DNA of 61,282 bases from an uncultured Alphaproteobacteria bacterium (GCA_944390375.1 CALXPZ010000101.1:1-61282); one strand, 5' to 3'; counted from the first letter of the stretch, positions 35,750 through 45,255 are shown. Translations and numbers: made by a program. Notes: generated by a model not told the origin, from the sequence alone.

Positions 35750-36217
35750 ATGAACACTTACGCAACCAAGCCATCGGATATTGAAAGAAAATGGTATGTC
35801 GTTGATGCCAGCGGTGTTGTATTGGGTCGTCTTTCGGCGGAAATCGCCAAGATTCTGCGCGGCAAACACAAGCCGAATTTTGTTCCCAATCTGGACTGCG
35901 GCGACTATGTCATCGTTATCAATGCCGAAAAAGTAAAACTGACCGGCAAAAAACTGACGAACAAAGTATATTATCGCCACACCGGTTGGATCGGCGGTAT
36001 TAAAGAAACCACTCCGGCCAAAATTTTAGCCGGCAAATTCCCCGGCCGCGTTATTGAAAAAGCCGTTGAGAGAATGATTTCACGCAATCCGCTGGGCCGT
36101 CAGCAGATGACCAAACTGCGCGTTTATGCCGGTGCCGAGCATCCGCACACCGCTCAGAACCCGATTGTTCTCGACATTGCTTCCAAGAATCCGAAAAATA
36201 AGAGGAGTCCGTTATAA
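35750..36217 (+). CDS. rplM: 50S ribosomal protein L13
   Basis: [29 protein letters not shown]. Confidence 0.95.
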   Translation: MNTYATKPSDIERKWYVVDASGVVLGRLSAEIAKILRGKHKPNFVPNLDCGDYVIVINAEKVKLTGKKLTNKVYYRHTGWIGGIKETTPAKILAGKFPGRVIEKAVERMISRNPLGRQQMTKLRVYAGAEHPHTAQNPIVLDIASKNPKNKRSPL

Positions 36218-36687
36218 TGGCTAAGTTAGAATCTTTACAAGACATCAAAGCATCTGCCGCTGAAAACGCAGCAGAAGTCCGCAAGCCGAAACGCGACAAA
36301 TTCGGACGTTCTTATGCTACCGGCAAAAGAAAAGATGCGGTTGCCCGCGTTTGGGTAAAGCCGGGTAAAGGCAATATCACCGTCAACTCCAAAACTCTGG
36401 ACGAATATTTTGCCCGTCCGGTTTTGAAAATGATCATCAACCAGCCGTTTGAAATAACCAACCGTGTTAACGAATTTGATGTTATCTGCACGGTCAGCGG
36501 CGGTGGTTTGTCCGGCCAGGCCGGTGCGATCAAGCACGGTATTTCCAAAGCCCTTAACGATTATGAGCCGGAACTGCGCCCGGTCCTGAAAGCCGCCGGT
36601 TTCCTGACCCGCGACGACAGAACCGTTGAACGTAAGAAATACGGTAAAGCCAAAGCCCGCCGTTCTTACCAGTTCTCCAAACGTTAA
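36217..36687 (+). CDS. rpsI: 30S ribosomal protein S9
   Basis: [18 protein letters not shown]...[19 protein letters not shown]...[16 protein letters not shown]. Confidence 0.95.
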   Translation: MAKLESLQDIKASAAENAAEVRKPKRDKFGRSYATGKRKDAVARVWVKPGKGNITVNSKTLDEYFARPVLKMIINQPFEITNRVNEFDVICTVSGGGLSGQAGAIKHGISKALNDYEPELRPVLKAAGFLTRDDRTVERKKYGKAKARRSYQFSKR

Positions 36688-36720
36688 TTGGTATCAGGAA
36701 AATATCAGATATTTTCTTTC

Positions 36721-36749
36721 GGGTTGCAAGAAATTGCAACCCGTTTTTC
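36721..36749 (+). terminator. Intrinsic terminator after rpsI
   Basis: GGGTTGCAA-gaa-ATTGCAACCC hairpin plus GTTTTT. Confidence 0.7.
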
Positions 36750-36765
36750 GTATAGCGAAACATAA

Positions 36766-36812
36766 AAAAGCTCCCGAAGGCAGATTGATATCCGCTTTCG
36801 GGAGGTTTTTTG
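36766..36812. terminator. Bidirectional terminator
   Basis: A6-GCTCCCGAAG...CTTTCGGGAGG-T6. Confidence 0.6.
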
Positions 36813-36818
36813 TTAAAA

Positions 36819-37439
36819 TCATCTGGCGTATTCGCCGATTATTTTCAAAAAATCGGGATAATTAAAAGTCTTCAGACATTCGTTATCCCGTGTGATTGAA
36901 TAATCACCGCTTCTACGGGATCTCCCGTGTTTGGTAACCTGTTTTCTCTGAACGATTTTGATCTCCGGCAAAGAACTTTGATATTTAAAATCAAAAATCA
37001 GACAGCGATACACCTTTTCTCCGCCGATCGGACGAAGATAAAAGGATAAAAGTTCGGTGTCCGTCTGGTATTCTCCGAGAGAGCATTCCCACATCTGCCG
37101 CATTTCAAAAGGCTGTCCACCCAAAAAAACATTCAGACAGATTTTATCGGCCGGCTGTTCTTCAATCATCAGTTGCCCGCCGTCAACAGAAATTTCCTGA
37201 CAGCTGTCGGTTGTCAGTATCAGCAAATCATCGTTTGGTGCAATTTCTGTTAAAAGTTTCTTTTCTGCCGTCAGAAACTGAGAGCAGGAGCAATGCGCGT
37301 TTAACAACGGCTTTTGACAAAAAGGGCAGTTCGGTTCCGGTTGGAAAATGGTCAGTCCCTTCAGAGAATAGGGAAAAGGCTTGGCGTTAATCCCTTGAAC
37401 ATTGGTTACCAGCGGTGTAATTTTTAAGTTAATTTCCAT
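36819..37439 (-). CDS. Hypothetical 206-aa protein with Cys cluster (possible zinc ribbon)
   Basis: CPFCQKPLLNAHCSC near the N-terminus. No family recognised. Confidence 0.65.
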   Translation of the reverse strand: MEINLKITPLVTNVQGINAKPFPYSLKGLTIFQPEPNCPFCQKPLLNAHCSCSQFLTAEKKLLTEIAPNDDLLILTTDSCQEISVDGGQLMIEEQPADKICLNVFLGGQPFEMRQMWECSLGEYQTDTELLSFYLRPIGGEKVYRCLIFDFKYQSSLPEIKIVQRKQVTKHGRSRRSGDYSITRDNECLKTFNYPDFLKIIGEYAR

Positions 37440-37538
37440 AAATTATAATTTTAGTAAAAATAATATAAAATAGAAACGCTACTTTAATGATTTTAAGAAA
37501 AAAATCAATATTTTTCTGCCGCTTGCGGTGTTAAAAAC

Positions 37539-37568
37539 CAAAAAAAAGCCCCGGAAAATATCCGGGGT
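37539..37568 (-). terminator. Intrinsic terminator after the 536-aa gene
   Basis: On the minus strand: ACCCCGGA-tattt-TCCGGGGC hairpin plus T8. Confidence 0.7.
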
Positions 37569-37583
37569 TGGGAAAAATGGCCG

Positions 37584-39194
37584 TTATCGTGCCGCCGTAT
37601 AATATCGGTTCAGTTTCTCGGCGGCGCTGACATGGGTTGCAGCCGGATTCAGTTGTTGGCGGACGGCGCGGATTTCGTCTGGTTCCGAAAATTTCATGGC
37701 CACGCTAATATCCTTGCTGGTTTCTTTTTCCCCGGTTTTGACATATTTTTGGATCCCCTCCTGCAAATACGGAGGCAGCTTGGGAAGAAGACTTTTCAAG
37801 CCTTTGCAGTTAATTCTGGCGGCAAAGATCATGGCGTCCTGCTGCTGGCGGAATTCCATTTTTTCTTTTGCTTCCAGCGACTGATGCATGTCCTGCCCGA
37901 TAACATAGACCATATTGCTGCGGTTGTTGACAAGCTTGCTGCATTTTTCTGCTTTATTGGCGCATACGGAGTTAGGAAGAATCTGGTCATAGACGTCATA
38001 AACGGCGCCGATCGGGAACTTGTGATGAACGGACACAATTTGCATCTCTGCCGTTTCGTCGCGCCGTTCTTTGTTCATCTGATATTCTTTGGATTTGCTT
38101 TCGAACTGTTGCTTGTAGTCGGGATCTTGGAAAGCCAGCAGGTCGATATTGTTGTAACCGTTGCAAAGCTCTTTGATATATTTGTCTTCAATCGTCTGTA
38201 CATAAGTGGCATAATTGGTGCTGCTGTTGTGGCGGGAGTTGTATTCATATTTCTGGGACAGCAGTCCGGCCATGGTTTTGAAATAAAGTTCCGTGCATTT
38301 ATTTTTGTAAGCATTTTTGCGGATGCTTTCGGCATTGGGGGCAGCCGCTTGTTCGGGAGAAATGCCGAGAGCCGTGTCAATTTCTTTAAGCGCGGCGTCT
38401 TTGCCGGTTTGTGCCGCAATCATTTCTTTGAAACGCTCATAAGTACTGCCGAGCGAGCTGCCCTTGGCCGCATTTTTCCCTTCCGTCAGCATGGTGCCGT
38501 ACAGTTTTAAAAAATCGGGTTTGGTAACGTTGTTAAAGACGCCGCGGATGGAGTGGCGGAAATCTTTTTGTTCTTTTCTGACCAAAAATCCGAAAGTCGC
38601 CTTTTTGTTTTTATCGTAAGTGTATTCTTCAATATCCGGTCGGATAAGCTCAATAGAAGGGTCAAAAGATTTTTGGTTGTTATATACTTCAAAATCGGCG
38701 GCCAGTCTTTTTTTCAAAAAGCTCAGTTTACCGTTTAATTCTTTGTGCAGGCGGTCGGTGCTTTCTTCGTCAAGTGTGCCCGTGCAGGCGGCGGCGGAAA
38801 GCTCATCGGCGTTTTTGATGCCGGCTTCATGCATAATAGTGGCAAGCACCTCGGCGCCGCTCATCGTGTGCTGCTCAACGCTGCCTTCCGACAGTTTAAG
38901 ATAACCCAGTTGTTTGTATATATTGATGGTGCGGTTGCGGTAGATCCGTTCTTTCAGATGGTCGACGCTGGAAATTTCGTCAAGGGAGTGTTCGGCAACC
39001 AGATCAAGCGCCTTTTCGTCTTCAAAGGCTTTTTCATTGAGGCCTGATATTTTTTTGTACAAATCCTCAAAATCGGCGGCGCTGATATTGGCGGCATCCA
39101 TCCGGCTGATCTCAATCAGGGCAAAGAGACCGATAATGCGTTTTTCAAACGTTATGTTGCTGCTGTTTTTTCTTTTTGCGGTTTTAGCTGCCAT
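37584..39194 (-). CDS. Hypothetical 536-aa protein with C-terminal HNH/His-Me-finger-like motif
   Basis: AAGGAA RBS before ATG 39194. The motif is VSVHHKFPIG...(about 30 aa)...NNRSNMVYVIGQDMHQSLE. No signal peptide. Confidence 0.7.
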   Translation of the reverse strand: MAAKTAKRKNSSNITFEKRIIGLFALIEISRMDAANISAADFEDLYKKISGLNEKAFEDEKALDLVAEHSLDEISSVDHLKERIYRNRTINIYKQLGYLKLSEGSVEQHTMSGAEVLATIMHEAGIKNADELSAAACTGTLDEESTDRLHKELNGKLSFLKKRLAADFEVYNNQKSFDPSIELIRPDIEEYTYDKNKKATFGFLVRKEQKDFRHSIRGVFNNVTKPDFLKLYGTMLTEGKNAAKGSSLGSTYERFKEMIAAQTGKDAALKEIDTALGISPEQAAAPNAESIRKNAYKNKCTELYFKTMAGLLSQKYEYNSRHNSSTNYATYVQTIEDKYIKELCNGYNNIDLLAFQDPDYKQQFESKSKEYQMNKERRDETAEMQIVSVHHKFPIGAVYDVYDQILPNSVCANKAEKCSKLVNNRSNMVYVIGQDMHQSLEAKEKMEFRQQQDAMIFAARINCKGLKSLLPKLPPYLQEGIQKYVKTGEKETSKDISVAMKFSEPDEIRAVRQQLNPAATHVSAAEKLNRYYTAAR

Positions 39195-39336
39195 TTCTTT
39201 ATTCCTTTTATTGTTATTTTCAGGATATATCATTGTTGTTTTTCTGTCAATAAAATGTCCAAAATTCCAAAGCAAAAAGAAAGTTGACTTTTTGTCGTTT
39301 TTGTCATAAAATAATTGCGAGAAAAAAGATTATTAT

Positions 39337-39735
39337 ATGTTATTTAACCCGTTAAAACTTTTTTTTATGAGAAAAGGATTTAACTTTAATACGTTTGTGT
39401 TCTTGCGGCGATATTACAATATCCCCAAGAACAAACCGTTAAAATGGTGCATTGTCAAAGAGTCCACTTCAAAAGGAACAGAGCTGCGGCTCGGTGTTTC
39501 TATTGAAGGAACGGATCTCTATATTGATATTGCACAAAGAAGAATGTTCTCTGTTGTTTCCTGCGGTTTGATTGAAAGAAGCGTCTTTCCCGCCCGCAGA
39601 AAAAGTTCCGGTAAAAATTTTAAATATACCACCCGAGATGGCTGGTTTATTACAAAACCCAAAACCTATATCATGGACATATATCGCAGTTCATGGTGGC
39701 GTTCCGGGGTTACCGAAAGGGAGAGCTTCCTCTGA
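39337..39735 (+). CDS. Hypothetical 132-aa basic protein
   Basis: An ORF followed by a clean terminator. The start is uncertain (39337 or 39367). No family recognised. Confidence 0.5.
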   Translation: MLFNPLKLFFMRKGFNFNTFVFLRRYYNIPKNKPLKWCIVKESTSKGTELRLGVSIEGTDLYIDIAQRRMFSVVSCGLIERSVFPARRKSSGKNFKYTTRDGWFITKPKTYIMDIYRSSWWRSGVTERESFL

Positions 39736-39741
39736 TTTAAG

Positions 39742-39780
39742 AAAGCCTGCCGCCCTTAAACGGACGGTCAGGCTTTTTTA
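39742..39780 (+). terminator. Intrinsic terminator
   Basis: AAAGCCTG...CAGGCTTT hairpin plus T5. Confidence 0.65.
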
Positions 39781-39876
39781 TTTTTAAAACCGAATACGCA
39801 AAGTTGGTAAAGAACGGTTGTTTTTATTTTTTGTTGATATATCTTATAGAAACAGTTCATTGTAACGGAGGTTGAT

Positions 39877-40227
39877 ATGAAAAATCTGAAAATTGCCCTT
39901 GCCGCTTTGACGTTGTCCGTTTTGGCGCAACCGGTGTCGGCCGGATTTTCCGGTCCTGCTCAAAATAGTGCCGCCACGGTAGCCGAAGCAAAAGAAATGC
40001 CGGACGAAAGCTATGTCGTTTTGCAGGGATATATTGAAAGCAGCCTGGGTGGTGAAGAGTATATGTTCAAAGATGACAGCGGTTCAATTAAAATAGAAAT
40101 TGACGATGACGATTGGCGCGGTTTGTCCGTCGGTCCCGACGACAAAGTGGAAATTCAGGGTGAAGTTGACACCCATATGATGAAACCGACCGATATTGAC
40201 GTTGATGCGATCCGTCTGGTGAAATAA
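39877..40227 (+). CDS. YgiW/YdeI-family (BOF) periplasmic OB-fold protein
   Basis: Signal peptide, then TVAEAKEMPDESYVVLQGYIESSLGGEEYMFKDDSGSIKIEIDDD.W. Confidence 0.75.
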   Translation: MKNLKIALAALTLSVLAQPVSAGFSGPAQNSAATVAEAKEMPDESYVVLQGYIESSLGGEEYMFKDDSGSIKIEIDDDDWRGLSVGPDDKVEIQGEVDTHMMKPTDIDVDAIRLVK

Positions 40228-40243
40228 TCAGTAGCGATTAAAC

Positions 40244-40272
40244 AAAAAAACGGAGACCTTCTCCGTTTTTTT
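40244..40272. terminator. Bidirectional terminator
   Basis: A7-CGGAG-acctt-CTCCG-T7. Confidence 0.7.
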
Positions 40273-40300
40273 GTTTTTTTTAATCTTGAAAATGTCCGAT

Positions 40301-40975
40301 TTAAACAGCTTTCGGTAACGCTTGCCGTTTCAGGTTATCATCAATCATCAATTCGGCGCCGGTAGAGGCAATAACTTCCTCAAGCGAAAAGACCGGGTTG
40401 ATTTCTTTTAACAGCAATCCTTTCGGGGTAACTTCAATAACGCCGCGTTCGGTAACGATCAGGTCAACCTCATGTGCGGCCGTCAGCGGCAAGGTACATT
40501 TTTTGACAATCCGCGGTTGTCCTTTGTTGGTGTGTTCCATGGCGATAATAACCCGTTTGGCGCCGACGACCAAATCCATGGCGCCGCCCATGCCGGGAAC
40601 AAAAGCGCCGGGTATCATCCAGTTGGCCAGGTTTCCTTCTTCGTCAACCTGCAGGGCGCCGAGCACGGTCGCGTTGACGTGTCCGCCGCGGATCATGGTA
40701 AAAGAAGTCATACTGTCAAAGAAGGCCGCTCCCGGACGAACGGTAACGGCAACTCCGCCGGCATTGGTTATTTTTGGGGGAGTAGACGGGTTTGTATCGC
40801 GCGGGCCGACGCCGAGCACACCGTTTTCAGACTGAAAAACAACATGGACGTTGTCCGGAATATAGTTGGCAACCTCTGTCGGCAATCCGATTCCCAAAGT
40901 GATGACGTCGCCTTCCGAAAATTCTTTGGCAACCCGTCGGGCGATATATTCTCTGCATTGTTCTTTAGAAAGCAT
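40301..40975 (-). CDS. 3-oxoacid/acetate CoA-transferase subunit B
   Basis: FQSENGVLGVGP (active-site Glu context) and GGAMDLV. Confidence 0.9.
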   Translation of the reverse strand: MLSKEQCREYIARRVAKEFSEGDVITLGIGLPTEVANYIPDNVHVVFQSENGVLGVGPRDTNPSTPPKITNAGGVAVTVRPGAAFFDSMTSFTMIRGGHVNATVLGALQVDEEGNLANWMIPGAFVPGMGGAMDLVVGAKRVIIAMEHTNKGQPRIVKKCTLPLTAAHEVDLIVTERGVIEVTPKGLLLKEINPVFSLEEVIASTGAELMIDDNLKRQALPKAV

Positions 40976-40984
40976 CTTGTTTCC

Positions 40985-41626
40985 TCATTTAACGATATAA
41001 TCCACAAAAATCCCCGGAATCGTAATTTCAGCCGGGTTAAGCGGTTCTTCGCTGATCTCGTCGGCTTCGACAATAACCGTATCGGCAGCCGTTGCCATCA
41101 CCGTGTTAAAATTGCGGGTGGTTCCGTCCAGAAAAACGTTGCCGTAAGGGTCGGCTCTGCTGCCGTAAATCAGTGCAACATCTGCTTTTATCGGTTTTTC
41201 AAGCAAATATTTTTTGCCGTCTTCTTCAATGACGGTTTTGCCTTTTTCCACCATTGTTCCGACACCGGTCGGTGTAAGAACGCCGCCCAGTCCGGCGCCG
41301 CCGCAGCGGATGCGCTCGACCAGGGTTCCCATCGGCACCAGTTCCACCTCAAGCTCGCCGGCATTCATCTGTCTGCCGGTTTCGGGATTGGTTCCGATAT
41401 GAGCGACAATGGCTTTTTTGATCAGTTTGTTGACGATCAGCCGTCCGCGATCTCTGTCGGGGATGCTGGTGTCGTTTGCAATCAATGTCAGGCTGCCCGT
41501 TTTGTTTTTAACGATTTCGTCAATAACCTTTACCGGTGTTCCGCAATCGAGAAAACCGCCGATCATAATCGAAAAATTTTCGTGAATCAGTTTTCCGGCT
41601 TCAGCAGCCGATATTATTTTTTTCAT
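40985..41626 (-). CDS. 3-oxoacid/acetate CoA-transferase subunit A
   Basis: IMIGGFLDCGTP, ELVPMGTLVERIRCGGAGLGG. Confidence 0.9.
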   Translation of the reverse strand: MKKIISAAEAGKLIHENFSIMIGGFLDCGTPVKVIDEIVKNKTGSLTLIANDTSIPDRDRGRLIVNKLIKKAIVAHIGTNPETGRQMNAGELEVELVPMGTLVERIRCGGAGLGGVLTPTGVGTMVEKGKTVIEEDGKKYLLEKPIKADVALIYGSRADPYGNVFLDGTTRNFNTVMATAADTVIVEADEISEEPLNPAEITIPGIFVDYIVK

Positions 41627-41785
41627 AGTCTCAGTCTTTGGTTAAATTCGCGGAGCATTATAACGTAAAAAAAATTTAAAGTCATCAATTTTTAAAAAAG
41701 GCCGAAAATGCAAAAAAATCAGTTGCTTTCGCAGCCTCAGACAATATAATTTGACCATTGATATTAACTGATAAAGAGAAAAACA

Positions 41786-42226
41786 ATGAATACGGCGAGT
41801 CAGAACGATAATAAAAATTTAATTCTGTATAATCCCGAAACCGGAAAAACCCGCAAACTCCGGTTGGGATTCGGCCTGTGGTTTTTCCTGTTCGGACCGC
41901 TGCCGTTTTTCTTTCGCGGATTGATAAAAGAAGGAGCGGTATTGACAGCTCTGTTAATAATTTCCTGTTACTTGTTTGATAATGAAATCGGTGTCTACCC
42001 GCTTTTCGATTTTTCCAATGTCGGTATGGCTGTGGGAATTGGTTTGGGTTTTATGGGAAATTATTACTGCTTGGACAAATTGTTGCAAAAAGGCTACAAT
42101 CTGGATCAGACTTCGCCGCTTGCCGCGGCAAATACGCTTATGCGGTGCAAAAAATATTTGAAGGGAGCCCTTTATGAGGAAATCCGTCATAAGCTGGAAC
42201 GGATTGCCGCGCAAGACGGCGCATAG
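41786..42226 (+). CDS. Hypothetical membrane protein (possibly DUF2628-like)
   Basis: Three hydrophobic segments. GLWFFLFGPLPFFFRGL pattern. Confidence 0.5.
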   Translation: MNTASQNDNKNLILYNPETGKTRKLRLGFGLWFFLFGPLPFFFRGLIKEGAVLTALLIISCYLFDNEIGVYPLFDFSNVGMAVGIGLGFMGNYYCLDKLLQKGYNLDQTSPLAAANTLMRCKKYLKGALYEEIRHKLERIAAQDGA

Positions 42227-42294
42227 AATGGGGCTTGCCCTGGTCCGTCGTGTACTTTTAAGTTTAATACGCATCTTTCAAGAGAAAATAGAAA

Positions 42295-43089
42295 ATGATC
42301 AAATTGCTGACAGCTCTGGTATTTGTCGAAACTTTGCTGCTGATCTGGGTCTTTGCCGTTGAACCCCGGTTGTTCCGGGTAACGCGTTACCAATTTTCGG
42401 CGCCGGAGCTGAAAGGCATAAAAATGGTGTTTGCCGCCGATTTTCACTTTTCTCCGCGGTCGGAACGCCGCCTGCGGCAAATCGTAGAAACCATCAATGC
42501 CGAAAATCCGGACATCGTCCTTTTGGGCGGGGATTATGCCAAAGGATACCGGCCGGAAGTTTCTATGCCGGCGCGGCAGATTGCGGCCGGCCTGGCAAAA
42601 ATTTCCGCTCCCGCCGGGATCTATGCCGTGCTTGGCAATCACGATTCCTGGTACGGCGGAAAAGAAATGGCGGCAGCGCTTTCGGCAGAGGGAATAAATG
42701 TTTTGCAAAACGATTTTCGCCGGGTAGACTGCCGCGGACGTTCCTTTTATTTGGGCGGAGTGGAAGACGTAACCACCGGTCGCCCCGATATTACCCGCGC
42801 TCTGCCCGGAGACGGAAAACCCGCCGTGCTGCTTTCTCATTCGCCCGATGTTTTTCCCGATGTTCCCCAAACGGTACTGCTGACCTTGGCCGGTCATACC
42901 CACGGCGGGCAGGTTTATATTCCGGGGTTTGGTGCGCCGATTTCAAACTCCCGTTACGGTCAAAAATATCTGCGCGGGTTGAAAGAGGAGGGCGGGCGCC
43001 GGCTGATTACGACGCTTGGCCTCGGCACCAGCGTTTTGCCGGTGCGCTTTTGCAGCGTTCCGGAAATTGTGGTGATTGAGTGGCAATAG
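42295..43089 (+). CDS. Membrane-anchored calcineurin-like metallophosphoesterase
   Basis: N-terminal TM segment, then AADFHF, GGDYAKG, LGNHD and GHTHGGQ. Confidence 0.85.
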   Translation: MIKLLTALVFVETLLLIWVFAVEPRLFRVTRYQFSAPELKGIKMVFAADFHFSPRSERRLRQIVETINAENPDIVLLGGDYAKGYRPEVSMPARQIAAGLAKISAPAGIYAVLGNHDSWYGGKEMAAALSAEGINVLQNDFRRVDCRGRSFYLGGVEDVTTGRPDITRALPGDGKPAVLLSHSPDVFPDVPQTVLLTLAGHTHGGQVYIPGFGAPISNSRYGQKYLRGLKEEGGRRLITTLGLGTSVLPVRFCSVPEIVVIEWQ

Positions 43090-43192
43090 ATATTTTCTGT
43101 CCGATTTTTTGACAAAAAATCTTGCTTTCATATTTTTTTGCGATTATACTGATTTCGTCAACAGAATTATTAATCAATTAAAAAAGAATTGT

Positions 43193-43768
43193 ATGAAAGA
43201 AAAAGAATTCACCCAAAGTTTTTTCCGCTTTGAAATTACGCAGACAACCAAGGTTCTGATGTACAAAATCCGTATGGGCGACGGCAAACACTGGGAGATT
43301 GACGGTGATGAGGAACGCGGTCATATTTCGCTTAAGGAAATCGGTCGCCCGATGAACAGCGCATTGGTAATGCTGGGACAGGGATATATGCGGATTATTA
43401 CTGCCTGCAGCGGCTACGAATACCTGATCCAGGACAAAGACGAGGGCGACGGTGCGGAAGTTACCTTCACCGGTCCGGTCAACGCTCTGCTGGCGCAGGC
43501 GCTGATGCCGCGGATGAGATATGTGCCCGGAACTCTGCAAGGTATGTCGGAAGATATGGACGACTATGCACCGATCGCTGAATTTATGCGGATTCGCGCA
43601 GAACGCAACGCCGGCAGCCCCAATCCTCAGGATGCTTACGGCTGGCGGGTGAACATGAAGTTCAATAACGAGCTGGTTCCGTATTTTCCGCCCTTTGAAG
43701 GAGAAATGCGTGAAAACCCGAAAAAACGGCGCCGTCGCGAACGGGCCGGTAAATTTAACCGTTATTGA
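43193..43768 (+). CDS. Hypothetical 191-aa protein with polybasic C-terminus
   Basis: ORF trimmed to ATG 43193. It ends ...ENPKKRRRRERAGKFNRY. A terminator follows. Confidence 0.55.
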   Translation: MKEKEFTQSFFRFEITQTTKVLMYKIRMGDGKHWEIDGDEERGHISLKEIGRPMNSALVMLGQGYMRIITACSGYEYLIQDKDEGDGAEVTFTGPVNALLAQALMPRMRYVPGTLQGMSEDMDDYAPIAEFMRIRAERNAGSPNPQDAYGWRVNMKFNNELVPYFPPFEGEMRENPKKRRRRERAGKFNRY

Positions 43769-43780
43769 TCGGTAACTGAA

Positions 43781-43812
43781 AAAAACCGGATCTTAAGAGA
43801 TCCGGTTTTTCT
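43781..43812. terminator. Bidirectional terminator
   Basis: A5-CCGGATCT-taag-AGATCCGG-T5. Confidence 0.7.
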
Positions 43813-43828
43813 TTTTTCATCAATTTGG

Positions 43829-44356
43829 CTAACAAAGCAAAATTTCCTGCAGGGCCTGTTTTTCTTCCGCGGAACATTCCGGGGCATAGTAACGGTTCAG
43901 GGTTTCGGCATTGTGCACTTTTATTTGTGTCAGCCAGTTTGTAGGCTGTCCGTCAAAAATGCTTTCCCAGTTTTCGCTTTCAAATATAATTTCAAAACCA
44001 GGCTCAAGGCCGATGCCGAACATTCTTGAGATGTTCGGATAGTGGGAAACGGCAATCACCAGATTGCAGGAGTGCACTTCCGCTTCGGCAATCAGTGCCG
44101 CCTTGCAGTTTTCCTGTTCGCGGCAGTTTTCGCCGAGCAGACTTTCTTCCTTCAACACCTCAGCTCCCGTTGCCAGAGCGATTGCCTGGGCGCTCTGATA
44201 AGCTCTCAAAGCCGGGGAATACAATACCATATCGGCCTGGCCGAATTGTTCCGCAAGCATCCGTGCTCTTCCGTAAATTTCTTCGGCGCTTTGAATGGTC
44301 AACATTCTGTCGCTGTCGTTATAGCGGCCGTGTCTGAAAATAACAAATCTTTTCAT
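43829..44356 (-). CDS. Histidine phosphatase superfamily protein (SixA-like)
   Basis: The RHG motif (VIFRHGRY), YSPALRAYQSA, and a second His in VSHYPNI. Confidence 0.7.
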   Translation of the reverse strand: MKRFVIFRHGRYNDSDRMLTIQSAEEIYGRARMLAEQFGQADMVLYSPALRAYQSAQAIALATGAEVLKEESLLGENCREQENCKAALIAEAEVHSCNLVIAVSHYPNISRMFGIGLEPGFEIIFESENWESIFDGQPTNWLTQIKVHNAETLNRYYAPECSAEEKQALQEILLC

Positions 44357-44492
44357 GATAAAAAAATTAAAAATAAATAATCAAAATTCATTTTCAATAT
44401 AATACAAAAATTTTGAAAATACAAGTTTTGCAATTTTCCCCTTTAAAAAATGTTTTCCGGCGCTACAATGCGGAAAAAAACAAGAGGAGAAA

Positions 44493-45221
44493 ATGGAACA
44501 GGTCATTTTCTGGGGCATATTGTTTATAGCCGGAGCGGCCGGTTATCTGCTGACCGAGCGGGCGGCCGGACGTTCGCTTTTGCGCCGGCCGGACAAGTCG
44601 GCGGCTCTGCATTACGCGCTGAAAAATTTTCGCCGTGTTTCTCCCCAAATGGTGCGCAGACTGGTACAGGAGGGCGCCAACGTCAATTATATCGGCACTT
44701 TCGGCGAACCGCCTCTGGTGGCGGCATTGTCGCGCCGCCGGAGCCTGCCGGTTATCCGCGAGCTGATTAAAGCCGGCGCTCGGACGAACGGGGAAGGCGA
44801 ATTAAAGAAAAATCCGCTGATGGCGGCCGTTTATTATCGCAACCGGCCGGAGATTATCCATGAGCTCCTTGCCGCCGGAGCGAATCCGCAGGTTTGCCTG
44901 GACGGGGACGGCAGCAGCCTGTTGATGCTGACGGCGGCTTTTTATCATCAAGAGGAAATGCTGGAAACCCTGCTTGCCAAAGGCAATAAATTGGACGCCC
45001 GTAACGATGACGGGATGACGGCGCTGATGGCGGCGGTGCGCTTCGGGCATAATCCGCGCGCCGTAAAAAAACTGTTGGCGCTCGGTGCCGATAAAAATCT
45101 TTCCGACAACAGCAGCAAAACGGCGGCCGACTACTTGCGCGGCAATTTCCGGCTGTGCTGGCGTCCCGGATTGAGGCGGCTTTTGCCCCGGCAGAAGAAA
45201 GAACCGTTTGTCAAACTTTAA
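44493..45221 (+). CDS. Ankyrin-repeat protein with N-terminal TM anchor
   Basis: At least 4 ANK repeats (e.g. DGMTALMAAVRFGHNPRAVKKLLALGADKN) after the hydrophobic segment VIFWGILFIAGAAGYLL. Confidence 0.85.
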   Translation: MEQVIFWGILFIAGAAGYLLTERAAGRSLLRRPDKSAALHYALKNFRRVSPQMVRRLVQEGANVNYIGTFGEPPLVAALSRRRSLPVIRELIKAGARTNGEGELKKNPLMAAVYYRNRPEIIHELLAAGANPQVCLDGDGSSLLMLTAAFYHQEEMLETLLAKGNKLDARNDDGMTALMAAVRFGHNPRAVKKLLALGADKNLSDNSSKTAADYLRGNFRLCWRPGLRRLLPRQKKEPFVKL

Positions 45222-45223
45222 AA

Positions 45224-45255
45224 CAAAAAAAGGAGCCGTAAAGCTCCTTTTCTTT
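45224..45255. terminator. Bidirectional terminator
   Basis: A7-GGAGC-cgtaaa-GCTCC-TTTTCTTT. Confidence 0.6.

Noticed and set aside
40472-41668. 398-aa plus-strand ORF, together with similar long antisense ORFs at 48027-49091 (+), 31234-32124 (+), 32572-33756 (-), 33769-34770 (-), 37632-38510 (+), 5535-6176 (-), 15262-15837 (+) and 42187-42903 (-).
   Set aside because: Each lies entirely antisense to a gene with strong motif support (CoA-transferase, tyrS, histidine kinase, mutS, efp, hsp20 and so on). Their translations are low-complexity (rich in R/G/F/V runs), and they have no RBS or family signature. They are shadow ORFs.
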